Assembly: GCA_013239625.1 (NCBI GenBank)
Contig: MU054001.1
Span: 7,804,911-7,867,352, forward strand
Reading direction: 5' to 3'
Length of the DNA: 62,442 nucleotides
Origin: Lama guanicoe
Taxonomy: Eukaryota
Shown here: one piece after another, positions 13,998-26,931 of the stretch
Layout: every line of letters begins with the position of its first letter
Position numbering within the stretch: the stretch's first letter is position 1
The notes under the pieces: model-generated
The model's database searches: none
What the model saw: the letters and a program-made list of their open reading frames with translations, nothing else
Told to the model about the DNA's origin: nothing
Program-made: the position numbers and the translations under genes

Positions 13998-14689
13998 GTG
14001 AGTGTGTGTCCTCTTACAAGTGGAGGAATTACTGTCGTTTTCCTGGAAATTACTCACCACTAGTCCATCTGACTTTTCTGTGCTAGGATTCAGTATGACC
14101 TGCAAAAATCTCTACAGTCAGATCTTGAAACCATGATGAAGGGTATAATTTATTTTATTTCTTTATATGATAGTATTTTACTTTCAAAATTCAGAGTTTT
14201 CGGTTCTTGGAGGAATTTCTTCGGTGGTTGGAGAAACAGTTTTGCTCTTACCATCTTTGTGACCTGTTGCTATATGCCTCTCACCTGTCTTCTGTCATTT
14301 GTGAGGCGGTTCCATTTGTGACCCTGTCCAGGTTGTTCATGTTATAAAACATAAAGTCGGTAAAAGTACATTCCCTTTTACTCCGAAGACATTCCACAAA
14401 TACTCCTTAAATCTGGGTGTGGTTTTAAGAAGACAGAATCATTACAACATATACTTGCAGGTTGCTAGTGCAAAATCCCCAAATCAATAGTCTAGCTCAA
14501 CATCTAAAATCTTTCTAATCTACATTGGATTTGTATGGATAAGTGAAGCAGCTTGCTAAGAATTCAAGACCAGGTTTTGAATACAGACTGGTGTAGCTCA
14601 GCAGGTCCTCCCAAACTGAAACTCTGCCAGAGGGCAGGGCTGAGGGAAGAGGGCGTGTCCTGCCCTCCCTGAGCTGACAGTTTCATGGC

Positions 14690-15120
14690 AAAGACCTTCA
14701 CCAGGTGAAGAAATTGGAGTTTCTTCTAAGAACAGTGGGTTTGAAAAGAGTCCAAAAAGTGCGGGAGTGACACAATCCCATTTGTCTCAATTAGGGGAGA
14801 GCGACTGTGGGGCCATTTGGGAGACTTGTGAGCCCAGGTGGGCAGTGTTGATGGCTTCCACTTGAGCGGTGGGACGGTCAGTGGGTAAAAGCGAACAGAT
14901 TGAAGGCATGTTTAGATGGTAAAAAGAAAGGATGAATGCTGTCTTTGAAGGTAGGATGGAGTAAGGCCCAGGTTTCTGGGTGGATTAATGAGGTAAATGA
15001 TGGTCCTGCTGTGTTCTGAGGAGGGAAAGCTGCAGAGGGAGTTCTGAGGGAAAACTGATGAGTTCAGCTGTGGGTAAAGTGAAAGGCTGTTAGATGTGTG
15101 GTCTGGGAGCTCTGGTGAGA
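14690..15120 (-). mobile_element. L2 LINE fragment
   Basis: Purine-rich L2-like motifs (ggagtgacacaatcccatttg, gatgagttcagctgtggg). Boundaries approximate. Confidence 0.5.
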
Positions 15121-17246
15121 GCCAGTAGTGAGTAGGGGGAGGGGAGAGAGACTTTCAAATCATTTTGCCTTGTGAACATACAAATAAGGATGAGTAATGA
15201 CACACTTAACACCTCTATATTCTGGATTTAAAACCCAGTAACATTTTGCTATACTGACTGCAGGGGTTCTTAATTTTTTTCATAATAGAAATAAATTAAA
15301 TAGAAACAAAATAGTGGAGTTAATGAACATCTTAGAGTTGATGTGTGTCCTTGTATGTATTTTGATACCTCATCTGTTTATAAACATAATCTACAAAAAG
15401 TTAACTTGCTTAGCATAAGAGTTAATCAAACAGAGGGACGTGACACACACTGTTGGGGGTTGAAGGTGATTTCCTCGGCAAATTATGAAGCCTCTCTGTG
15501 CCTAAGTTGCATCTTCTGTGACTGCCCCCGGGCCCCACATCACAGCTGATTTCCTAGACTAGATGATTTTAGGGAGGCTGCTGAAGGGAGTAAGAGGTGG
15601 CAACTGCTATGTATACTGAAGAGAGATAAAAACAGATTAAAGCCAATAAACTGAGTACAAATACCCTCAAAAGAGAAAGAATTCCGCAGTGTTTTGAGCC
15701 ACTTAGCGTAAGGGGAAAAAAATCACGTGGACCCAAATCTCTTGAGCATGAGAGTATTGTGGGTGAGAGGGTGTCATCAGAAAAGGTTTGAGAAAAGGCC
15801 TTTTGGTTTCCCTTGACGTTTCCAGTAAGGATGTGTCGCAGAAGCGAAAACCCCCCGCTTCACAGTAGATGGTGCTGTTTTGTGCCAAACTGAGCAAAGT
15901 TTGGAAACCAGTCATCAGTGGTGCTGGCAAATGAAGAGACTTCTGGATTGGATGGAACACTTACTGTGACTTCCAGGTAAGCTGCTGGCTGGGGGCTGTG
16001 AGGCGGGCAGTATGTTTACAGGTTGACCCGGGCATAATCCCTGGCTGTGAGGCTGCTGGTCTGACTAGCAGACCTGGGCAGATGCAGTCCTAATGGGGCT
16101 GCTCGGGACGTGACCTGGGACACCTGCCGTGCTGTGGGTGAGAGGAGGGCTCCCCTGAGGGGGTGTCCCTGGGGAGAGTGGAAATGTCCTCCTGCATGGG
16201 GGAAGAGTCTCTGAGCAGGGAGCCGGATGCACAGGTAAGACCAGCCTGAGCACGGAGATTTCGGGGAGCCGGAATTCATACAGTGGCCCAAACCACCTTG
16301 TTCCTGAGAAACTGGAGGGGAAAGATGCTGAAAATGCAGGCTAAGTTCAGACCCTGTGGTGGGTCATGAGTGACAGTAAAGGACTGGTCAGGCAGGCACG
16401 AGAGGACCCTGTGTGCGTCCCAGTTGGGGCGTCATGCCGGAGGAAGGAGCAGAGTTATAGACTTTGTCACTTATTATCTGTGTGACTTTGAGCAATATCA
16501 CCCCACCTCTCTCTATATATATCTTCATCTGTAAAGTGACACAGTGACAAGCTCGTGTCATCAGAAGGCTTAGTTTAGCTCTGATCCTCTTTGTCCAGTC
16601 CTGTCAGTGCTGCCCTGCAAGGTTCTGCAGTGGCTGCTCTTACCATGAGGTGGGAGGGCCTAGAGGGACATTGTAATTCCCGAGGGCAGGAAGGGGTTGC
16701 TTTAAATCAGACATGTAGCCTCCTGCAACTGCAGACCTGCAGGCAGTTTCGTTGATGGTCGTGGAGAGGACTTTGGAGGCCTTAGCATCCTCTTAAGACT
16801 TGTTTTCCCTTGGGGACCGGATTTGCCTTTGCAGATTAATGTTGAAGATTTGGGCTTCTGGCAAAGCTGTTTTCAGAGATGAGTATATACGTAACATATC
16901 ATATAAAATAAAATGTTTTTATTTAATATGTGGGACTTTGCAGCCGTTGGGAACATCTCTGTTGACCTGGTCTCCACGGAGGACACTAGGGGTCAGCAGA
17001 GCTTGCGAGAGGGCAGGCAGCCTGCAGTGCTTCTGCGGGGGGTTCTCCCCAGCACGGCGCTCTGCAGAGTTGACTCTTCTCTGAGTTTGGTTGCCAGATG
17101 AGCAGACAGCAAAGTAATGAGTTCTGGTGGGATTGTATAATGACAGGAAGAAAGAGGGTGCCGTAGATTTTCGGGACTAATACAGGCTTTTGGCTCCTGA
17201 TCCAGTGTGCTCCATTACAGAATTGACGATTTGTGTCTATTCTGGG

Positions 17247-17734
17247 ACTTAATTGAAATAAACGTGCAGCCTAAAAGTTAAGAGTTATGCTTTATTTGTA
17301 GGGAGGACTCGAGCCAGGATGACCCCCTCTCAGATCACTCTGACGGACTGCTGCCAAGAGTAGGGGAGAAGCTAGGATTATATAGGAGCTTTACAACAAA
17401 GACCAGGTAGTTGAAACAATAAGATTGCTTGTTATCTAAAGAAAGCCAGGTATCTCATGTTCAAGTATTTAGTGCTTATCCATATATGGGATAAAACAAT
17501 CATTTGGGTCTTTGAATCCATACATTTGACAAGCACCTAGCTATAGGGCCAGTATCCTGTTCTTTCTTATTCTGAGTCCTCTCAGGGGGCACCACTGTGA
17601 GTGGCAGAGAGGCTAGGCTGCAGTCCTCTCGTCACTGGGGGGTGGCAGCAGCCACTGATGACTTGGTTTCATCATTCTTTATTTACTGACATGGTTGCAG
17701 TATTTTCATTCACACTGCAGTATTTTGATTCACA
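17247..17734 (-). repeat. 3' LTR of the provirus
   Basis: Colinear with 22924-23403 (roughly 85-90% identical by eye). The left terminus is degenerate. Ends with a duplicated tgcagtatttt(c/g)attcaca. Confidence 0.9.
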
Positions 17735-17752
17735 GTGCTCCTCCTTGTTCCT
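17735..17752 (-). promoter_or_regulatory. Polypurine tract (PPT)
   Basis: Minus strand reads aggaacaaggaggagcac immediately before the 3' LTR. Confidence 0.6.
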
Positions 17753-17995
17753 AAATTCGACCAATATTTTGAGAGACATTTCATGACCAATTTTGTCCCA
17801 CGGTGCTAGGATGGCTCATTTCTAGTTCAGGTGAAGAATCTTCTGAGCTGCCATTTAAGGTGTTAGGTTTTTTTTCAGGCCCTGTTGATACTGAAATTTC
17901 TCTGGATCTCCTGTCTTACTAGTCTATTTTGATCCAGGAAATGTTTGCCCTTCGTTGCTCATTCCCATAGCAAGAATCACACTATTATATTTATT

Positions 17996-18241
17996 TTATG
18001 CAGGGTTATAAGTTTTATCTATTTCTTCAAGATGTTTAGCCATCATCAATCTTTTAGGCCTAGTTATGCATTGGGAAATGTAAGAGACAACAATTTTATA
18101 AAATAGAAAGTATATAACTAATAAAGCTAGTAACGTTAATAATGTCACGAGTAAGAATTTAATAGTCAAGAAGTTATATTTTTGGTTAAAATTTTGCTTG
18201 TGTTTCTGATTGAGTCTGAGTGATCTTATGAGTAAGTTCAT
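17996..18241 (-). pseudogene. env-like C-terminal remnant (TM anchor plus cytoplasmic tail), 81-aa open frame
   Basis: ATG-started ORF with hydrophobic run FLLVTLLTLLALLVIYFLFY, located between the pol end and the 3' LTR where the env TM region lies. Confidence 0.5.
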
Positions 18242-18639
18242 ATTTATGATCAGGCTCAGTGCAGTTATTAATTGGCCAGGTGATGTCTCCCACCATGTAA
18301 GATCAACAGTGGCCTAAATAGAACTATAATTTCTTTTTAGAATAACATTTCGGAGGGCTATCTAGTTAGAGACTTGGAGTAGGGAAACCCACCAAGGTAA
18401 CACAGAAGTAATAGACATAGTTAATTTACCATAAATTTAACAATTGGTGTAGTTCATAATCAAAGGTAGGAGAAATTATCAAAGTAATTGGTATACAGGC
18501 CTGGTCCAATATCTTGGGACAGCTGTCTACCTCAGATGTCATCTTCTCAGCCTGACATGGTAGCTTATTCTCCAATTGGGCACTGCTTAAAGGTGAGCAG
18601 TGCTCTATAGGCCATTGCACTGCAAGGGATGTTTCTTAT

Positions 18640-18789
18640 AGGAAATGAATCTGAAAGTCCATTTCCTTCAGTTTTGGTGTGTAAGGTCTAGTTAAGAATA
18701 CCTGATAAAGGGTCCTTCCATTCAGGTTAGAGACAGTTCTTTAAGTCATGCCTGTTCCAGTATGTATAATCCCCTGGCTGCAGGTCATG
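18640..18789 (-). pseudogene. Retroviral pol integrase C-terminal (GPY/F) domain remnant
   Basis: HDLQPGDYTYWNRHDLKNCL*PEWKDP/YQVFLTRPYTPKLKEMDFQIH matches the gamma-like HxLQPGDxVxW...L.P.WKGPY.VLLT motif; one stop and one frameshift. Confidence 0.8.
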
Positions 18790-21079
18790 GGGCATTGGAA
18801 CTTTACCCAAGTTTAGATTACTGGGCTTCAGAAACAAAGCTAGAGTACCCTTTTAATAATTCAATTAAACTTTTCAGCAATGTCACATAACAGCAAGGGA
18901 TGATCTGGGAAGTGTCTTACTAAATATAGACCTCAATTAACAAAGCTAGAATTTAATATCCACTAAAATATAAACCTTTTTCTCTCTAAAGTTATCCTCA
19001 TTTTTCTCAAATATAGCCAAATCAAGATTAATTTGTTTACAAGTTAATTCTGGTTATTTGATCATATAGGTTTTTTAAATTGGCTGTCTTGGAAGTTTTA
19101 ATACGGATTCTCAGGGTAGAATGTTAATAAGGTTTTCTAAGGCCAGGAAAGCCACGTCAAGTGCTTGACATGGATTTCTGCCTTACAGATTTAGGTAAGT
19201 TCTTTTCTCTTTAATATCCTTAAAATACCTTGAGATTCCTATATCTGTTAGGAGATCTTCCTAATTTGTCTGATAGAGCCACTGGGGACCTAAGAGTTTT
19301 TAGTCTCTTGAGGGATCAGGTAGAGAGAAAAGATAACTGTTCCAAGGCTGCTTTCATAGGTATAATTTATCAAATTGCTGTGAATCATAACTAGCTTAAG
19401 GAGAAGAGTTTCTTTATGTCTGGGAAACAGGTTTAAAGCGAGGAGTATTTCAGACAAAATCAAAAATTATAACCATATTCATCAGTATACTCAGTCCCAT
19501 GTAACTAATTCTTTTAATCAGAGTTTTCATTAGACCTTTAAAATTTCTTACCCAGTTTATTTCAGTGCTATAGTTTGAAAATGAAGTTTAAACCAGTAAA
19601 TCTCCTTGAAGAGAAAGCATTTTGCAAAATCATCAGAAGAAAACAATTAACTGTCTATAAATGACAAAAGATTTAAAAGCATGGTTAAACACTGTTACAC
19701 TATAATCGATAATGAAGCCTGGTCACAATAACCAGAATTATTACTGGTAACATTTCAGATATACCAGAATTTTTGGGAGTCCATATAATTTCTGTAATAT
19801 CTATATTAATAATATTTTCCCATACAATATATCCTAGGAAGCTTTATTATTCACTTGACAATACCATGTTATTTAACATGCCAAATGAAACTTACTAGTT
19901 TAAAATCTCTCTTTGGGATGTTTCAGGGGCCCTCTGTAGCATCCCAAACTTAACTGGAGATTAAAAGAACTTTAATTAGAAATTGATATTTGGGGAACTT
20001 TTTGAAAGATTTCAAAACACTTGGACAGATAAACTTATAGATCACTGTAAAGTAGTACTTATTCATTAACAAGATAATACGTCAAAGGTAAAGGCAGAAC
20101 AGATCAGTTAAGTGGTATAAGAAGTTTTACAATTTGTTACTGAAGGTGGATTAATATTTTAAGAAAATTTTGTCCCCTTAACAGAGAGAAAACCAATTCT
20201 ATTCTTGTACCAGCTTACCTCTAAGATTCATTTACTTTGCCCAAATTGATTCTAAACTTAGCCAATTCCGACAACGTACAAAACCCTTTCCTCAGGGTTC
20301 CTCTTCCACAAGCCTTCCACAGCTTTTTATGCTCATATTAGTGTTTCCCTTATTTTCTCTTCCATTCAGAAGTAACCAGCTTCAGGACAAAGTCACTATT
20401 TTTCATTAACAAAATATAATTCCATTCCTTATATCTTCCCTTCCACATTTATCTTACTTTCCTAGGATAATAAGATCTTTACCTTAATAATAGAGACTAT
20501 TTCAGGGTGGCACCAATCATTTATTAATATTTCTAAACACCTTTAGTTTCTCTGTAGGAGGAAGTTAATTGTTAAGTAATTCATATTTCAATCTTATTTT
20601 ATCTGAAAATGGCATAGCTATTTAATAAAATCCTATCATTTAACTTAATTTAGCACAACTCTACAATTTAAAGATACCAAATATTTAGAGATTATCTTAA
20701 GCATACATTATATTGGACGGCTCATGTAACTCTATTGGTTTCCTTTACTTTGTTCAGTCAATATTTTCTGAGGGACAGATATGTGCCCAGCCTTATAATA
20801 CCAAAAAGAGGAAGCGTTTTTCCATTGAAACATATCTATCCCACAACATAATTAAGTAAAAGGTTTATATAAAGCCGATTTAAACATACCAATTTTACAA
20901 ACTTTTATCTCAAATTTATTAACTCTTAAACCTTTAATTTTAATATTTATTAGGCTTAATCAATAATTCTTATTTCTAGAAGGAGTGCCAGGAGCCTTTT
21001 TTTTTTTGAGCCAAATAGCTTTCACCCTTCTCAGTTTAATTTGATTAATTGTTCTGTTGTCCCAATCATTGATCAAGTA

Positions 21080-21118
<39 letters not shown>

Positions 21119-21125
21119 GTATATG
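21080..21125. repeat. (CT)n(AT)n compound microsatellite within the ERV internal region
   Basis: Direct read. Confidence 0.9.
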
Positions 21126-22539
21126 TATATTTTAGCCCTATACATACATACATATTAAACTGTGATAAATAAAACGGACTTGTTTGAACTTTAATGTTGG
21201 GAGCAGTAGGTGAACTCTTTGACCGTTTGTTTTTTTAACTTTATGTAGTGTAATATCAAAATCTTGTATCTAAATCCAAAATTGTCCATTTTATTTATCT
21301 CATTCATAATAACAATATAAAAATATTTATCCATTTGGGATAAGCCCCTTACCTTCTTTTTTTTTTTAATTAAGAAAAAATCGAAATTTTTACAATCATT
21401 TTTCCAGTTATACAAACTAATTAACATTGATTGTTCTAAGTTTTTATTAGCATCTCTAAAACCATTGATGGGAAAGTAAAAACACAAATGTAGCTTTTGA
21501 AACCAGTTTTTTTTTTAAACTATGTTCTTAGGTTAACCATTAAATATATTTTTCTACCTTTAAACTTGATTTTAATAGGTACCAAGAAAACAACTGTTTA
21601 TATTGAGAGCTCTTTCAACTTTCACCAATTTCAAAATTTTTCCAAATTAAAGGATCCATCATATGTCCATCAATTTATATATATATATATATATAAACCA
21701 AAAAGGTGAAGAGGCTTTTCCACATGAGAGTGGGGGTGTTGCCTAAATAAAATTCAAAAGTTTACTCTCCAAAAGCTAAAGGCCTCTGTGGTCCAGGCTG
21801 ATGCAAAAAAGGTTAAGATCGCAAAATGTCTGAAAAATGGTACAATCAAAGGAATGTTGAGAATCCCAAATTATTTGCGTGGCCACCGTATGTGCACAAT
21901 ACTTGTACCTTTTGCATTGCAGAGTCCAAGATTTCCTTTAAAAAAAAAGGAAACACATATATACATAATCACACACATAAAATACCCAGAGAAATATAAA
22001 ACTTTTATATTACAAGGACACAGGAAGAGAAATCCAAGTTCCCCCTAAAGGGAATTTTGTTTCTATAAGTTCAGAATTCCAAAAAATGTTTTTATCAGGC
22101 CTAGTTCGTTACTTTCAGAGTGAGATTTTTTTTTCTAGTTCCCAATTAAAGTTGTAAGTTTTCTACGTATATAAACCTGGCTGGGATATTAGTTGGAGGC
22201 TGGCAAACTGTCATCACTTTTTCTATTCTTTTCTTTTCTTTTTTTTTTTTGAAATTTCTATGCCCCATTCTAAGGCCGGGTTTTCAGAATAAAATTGCTA
22301 GTAAGATTTCCCACAGGGACAACTCTGGCATGAAGTTTTTGCCTCTACCACTCCTCCAAGTTAATCTGTCACCAGAGAAAGTTGTTATCAGCCAGAAGGT
22401 GGGTCCCATTTTTGGAGTTGAAAGATTCTTCATAAGAGTTTTACTTTTATCCTGAAAAATTCAATGGAGGTAACCAAATTGAGGAAAGCATTAGACCAGC
22501 CTCTTATCTATCCACTCAGTCCTGACCCCAGTGCCTTTC

Positions 22540-22712
22540 AACTTGGACCCACTCGGGACGTCTCCACTGGGTGAGTATTTTCCAGGTATCTTTCCACCAG
22601 CCCCACCTCGGACGTCTCCTAAAGGTGGGTATTTCCTGTTACCTTTCAACAAGGCCCCACCCAGCATGTCTCCACTGGGTGGGTAATTCCCCCCAGTCTC
22701 TTTCAACTGGAG
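22540..22712 (-). repeat. Three diverged ~57-bp tandem repeats in the ERV 5' leader
   Basis: cccac...cgtctcc...gggtg(a/g)gta(t/a)tt...cttt(c)aac recurs at about 22547, 22603 and 22657. Confidence 0.7.
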
Positions 22713-22901
22713 GGCCAGGTACCTGGATACACTGCCAAATAAAACTCAGGGTCATCAATCAATATGGGAGATCCAAAAACCAGGAGAGATTCACCCAAAT
22801 TCATCTGGACTCCCCGAGGAGGCGGATGGGCACAAAGGGCCACTGATGGTACCAAGGCTCCGGTTACTCGGAGAGTTCAGGTGGAGAGAATTCTGCTCTG
22901 G

Positions 22902-22919
22902 GTCCCTTCATGGTGTCCA
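22902..22919 (-). promoter_or_regulatory. Primer-binding site, tRNA-Arg-like
   Basis: Minus strand TGGACACCATGAAGGGAC, 4 nt from the LTR end; 15/18 match to the recalled Arg PBS TGGCGACCACGAAGGGAC. Confidence 0.7.
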
Positions 22920-22923
22920 AAAC

Positions 22924-23403
22924 TGTTGACTGATATACATGTGCAGCCTAAATGTTAAGAGTTATGTTTTATTTGGCGGGAGGACTCGAGCCGGGATGAC
23001 AGCCTCTCAGATCACTCTGAGGGACTGTTTCCAAGAGGTTGAGGAGGAGCTAGGATATATAGGAGCTTTACAACAAAGACCAGGTAGTTGGAACAATAAA
23101 ACATTGCTTGTTATCTAAAGAAAGCCAGGTATCTCAAGTTCAAGAATTTAGTGCTTTTCAGTATATGGGAGGAAGCAAACATTTGGGCTCACTGAATATA
23201 TTCTTTAGACACGCACCTAGCTATCTAGGGCCAGTAATCTGTCCTTTCTTATTCTGAGTCTGCTCAGAAGTCATCGGTGCAAGTGGCTGCAGGCCTGTCT
23301 TCACTGGGGGGTGACATCAGCCGCTGATAACTTGGTTTCAGCATTCTTTGTTTAGTGACATGGTTGCAGTATTTTCCTTCACATTGCAGTAATTTCGTTC
23401 ACA
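22924..23403 (-). repeat. 5' LTR of the provirus
   Basis: tgttgac...ttcaca termini. AATAAA on - near 22968. Partner of 17247-17734. Confidence 0.9.
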
Positions 23404-23779
23404 GAAAATTATGATATTACCCTGATTATGGATAATCTGGAACCTTGGAAAGGAACCGAGATGGAATTACTGCAGGTACCTTCTACTTTAATAAGCCGAG
23501 TGCAAACATAAACAAGGAGGAAGCATACAAAAGGATTCGGTGGTGAATGGGAAGGGTTTCTGCACGTTACAGGAGAAGGCAAGGCAGAATTCCTCTTCTT
23601 TGTGGGCAGGGACGAGAGTCCAACTTTCCTTTCTGAAGTGCATTCTGAGAACTGTTTATGGTAATTAACCAACATTGACAAACGGTGGCACACATTGCAT
23701 TTAAGAGCTGGCCGGCTGCAAACTTGGATATTGGACAGGTGGATTTCATAGGCAAGTGGTTAGGTGGATGGGAGAGAGA

Positions 23780-23990
23780 CGGAGCCCAGGCCTGGGCCCA
23801 TATTCAGGTTGAAATCGCCATTTCCTCACCATAGGGCCTTGGAATAGAATGTAACCTCTCTTAACCTGTTGGTGAATCTGTGAAATGGGCATGATAATAT
23901 TCGTTCCTTCCTGGGATTTTTGTAAGATCTAAAGAGTATTATAGCACACATGAAGCATTTAACACACTGGCACTTAGCAGTGTTCACTGT
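23780..23990 (+). mobile_element. MIR SINE
   Basis: gtaacctctcttaacctg...atctgtgaaatgggcatgataata...aagcatttaacacactggcact. Confidence 0.55.
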
Positions 23991-25722
23991 GTGGGGCCGC
24001 CTCGCTTGGCATGTGTCAGAGCCGTAAAGGCAGCATTTGTCTGTTGAGGATGCACTTGTAGCCCCTTGGCTAGGTTGTGAATTCGGTGATTTCCTTTAAT
24101 ACTTGTAACTCTGTGTGCCATGGGCAGTTATTTTCAAGGACAGATGAGGAATCTCAGGGTAAAGAAGACTGTGTAATTTGCCCAAAGTCAGACCATAATT
24201 TTGGGTGCAGGGGCCTCAGTTCACCATGGGCCCCTGGGCCTTCTGCTCTCCGTTCAGCACCAGAGCCAGATATGGAGTCGGCTGTTTCACTGCCCAGAAT
24301 ATCCGGCAGCCCGCAAGACACACCTGGCCCTGTGCTTCTTGAGCAAAATCTCCGGAGGAGAGGCAGTTACAAAAGGGATAAACATAAAAACAGACGACAG
24401 CAAACTGTGATCAGCTCTGAGAAGGAAAGGAACACGTCTCGCCGTGCAGAGCTGGGAGCTTTCCCGTCAGGCTGCTCTGGGGGCGTTCATCTCAGCTTAA
24501 CAAACTCTGCTGCTGCACCAAGGCAGGAAGGCAGGGCGCGTGTGGCCAGGTAGACAGGGCCTTGTTAATTATACTCATTCCCCATTAAGCGTCAGGTGTC
24601 ACGGGCAATTACCTAGTAAACAGTTGTCGGCCATAATCATCACGCACTTTGCTTGGTAGTTTTATTGGCCCCAACTTTGAGATGAGTTCATTGAAGCTGT
24701 GGAGTTTGCTGCATGCCCGTTTATACCATGGAAATACCCCCACTGGTCTTTCAACCTAGACTGCTGTGGCTGTCATGTCCCAGCCCTGTGAATGTCATCC
24801 TGCAGCTTTTCCCAAGCGGCCCAAATGACTGACAATGATATGCTTAATTCGTAGGAAAAGGTATGTGACAATAGGAGAAAAAAGTAGTTAGAAATTGTTT
24901 GGAAAACTGGAAAAAAATCCAATTCTTCTCCAGCTGGGGGAGCGCACCCTGTGTCAGTCACCCCACCCACTGCCTGTCACCTCCTCCCTGCTGACTCCAC
25001 GTTCAGAAGCCACTCTGAGCCTTTGAGGAACATTTTGCCTCATGACACTGTTGACTAGGATTTGCAACCTCTCTGTCCCTGGTTAACTCTCTCTTCAAAG
25101 CCATTTAAATTTTATGCAGACTCCTCCGCTCAGATGTAAGTATAGCCTTTTTAAACTTCTTGATGCAGCTCCTTAATGAAGATCTTGCGAAGAAAACCTA
25201 GCCAAAACCTGGGAGGTTTGCACATAGTGACTGTAACCTCAGCACTTTGTGAAGTTCAGCATCAGAGGGGTGGGAGACTCAGGAAAGGCTTTTTTAAGGT
25301 AACAAGGGGAAAGTGAAAGGACGCAGGCTGTGTGAGAAAGAAACATCTTGATCCCAGCCAGCAAGGCACCTGCGTTCAGGATGGTGTGCGGAGAGTGCTG
25401 AGTTCTCACAAATAAGAAGTTGTGGGATGGGAGGGAGGACAGTTGGGTACTTTACTGGGGAGGCAAAAAGTGGGCTGAACATTTCCTGGTTGAACAAGAG
25501 GATTGTGACATGATGTGCTTGTATTTTGGAGAGAAGGGTTTTGTGGAGACAGGCCTAGGAGAACGCTCACTGGCTGGGGAGTCAGCACAACAAGGAACCA
25601 CAGAGAACTGGGCAGACCCCAAGGCCTTTGCTGGGGGAGAGGCTGCCCGCCAATTGGAGCCCTGGAGGCTGCTTCTATCCCGTAGCTGGGGCCTCAGTGC
25701 TCCCTTCACAAACCAGTCCTGT

Positions 25723-26337
25723 TGATACAAGAAAAAATTGGGGCAAGAGAAGGGCTGTGTCCCAGACTTTGGTTGGGCCCCTGGGATGTGCCCCACCAGA
25801 TTTTATTCCTTGACTTCGTGCATTAAATAATTCAAGAGCAAGCCAGTGTTGAGTAAAGGTAGATTTATTCAGAGAGATACATTGAAAGGCAAGAGAAACG
25901 TCACGAGTTTTGGGGGTTTGATGCTCAGATTAAAAGTAGGTACACACTCCACAGAGTGTGGGCCTTCGCCGAAAAGGGAGAGAGGGGTGACCGCGAGGTG
26001 GTGCTGTGTCGCTCCTTTTCTTGGGCTTGGTGGTTTCATATGATAATAAGTAGAAAGACCAGCCTTAGGGCAAAGGGCTGGGATTCCCAGGGAGTTGGCC
26101 ATTTCCCATCCTGTGACATTTTGTGGCTAGCCTTGGAACTGCCATTGTGCCTGGGGCATGTTTTTCACCATGCTACTGTTACAATGTGTGTTTAATGAAG
26201 CTCAAGATCAGCTAGAATTTAAATCTCTTCATCCTGAGCCTCAAGGCCTTTTGGGGGTTGAATCCTTCACCATTTTGATGTTAATTGTTGTGGCCTTCCT
26301 TGAATGGCTGTGCTCTGAGCCCTTCTATCCTGTCTCA
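25723..26337 (-). mobile_element. Solo ERV1-type LTR
   Basis: TG...CA termini (tgatacaag...ctgtctca) with 4-bp TSD CTGT at 25719-25722 and 26338-26341. tttatt at ~25864. Confidence 0.8.
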
Positions 26338-26521
26338 CTGTGATGACACAGAGAGAGCAAAGGCCGGGCCCTGCCTGTGCTCCTGCATTTAACAGCGGGA
26401 GGTGTGAGGTGGGCTTATGGTGACTGAGTGGTGAGAAGGATGTTTCAGATTTTCCCACGTGAGACATGGGGACCTGCCAGCAGCCATCGCAGATTTATCT
26501 CACGGGCATTATCGCTTGTGT

Positions 26522-26931
26522 TGTTACGGAGACAACAGGCCAGCCAAGAAACAAGCACCACTCAGAGGGTTGGAGTACTGATATTTATTATGCTGGCGGG
26601 CTCAGAGGGGCTTCTGTTCTGAATCTCTGAGCACCTGCAAGACGTGCACATGAGGTTTTATAGGGTTAATTATAAGTATGAGTCTGTTACCCTATAAGGC
26701 TCAAACAACAAAAAACAAAGAATCAGTACACTGAAGCATATCAATTTGGAGCAGATCACGGTACTGACAATTGTTGACCTTGGATTTACGAGTTAGCTTA
26801 TTAGCCCATTAAACTGACACTAAACTTCAGATTTACGAGTTAGTTCAGCAAAACTTAGATCAGTAAACTGACACTTACGACACTTAGATTTGTGACTTAG
26901 CTTGTTAGACCATCTGGGCTTTTCATTCACA
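26522..26931 (-). mobile_element. Solo ERV1-type LTR, same family as 1-467
   Basis: tgttacgg...ttcattcaca with 4-bp TSD GTGT at 26518-26521 and 26932-26935. Confidence 0.9.

Larger units (their letters stand above)
17247..23403 (-). mobile_element. Non-autonomous ERV1-like provirus (two LTRs, PBS, PPT, largely non-coding AT-rich internal region)
   Basis: Direct-repeat LTRs at 17247-17734 and 22924-23403, a tRNA-Arg-like PBS next to the right LTR, a purine tract next to the left LTR, and integrase C-terminal and env-like remnants. Confidence 0.9.

Noticed and set aside
24077..24553. 158-aa ORF
   Set aside because: Non-ATG start, begins in MIR-like sequence, no recognisable domain or splice context.
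1..26931. LTRs at 1-467 and 26522-26931 as the two ends of one giant provirus
   Set aside because: The right LTR has its own GTGT TSD on both sides, there is no PBS or PPT, and the 26 kb between them is TRAPPC9-derived.
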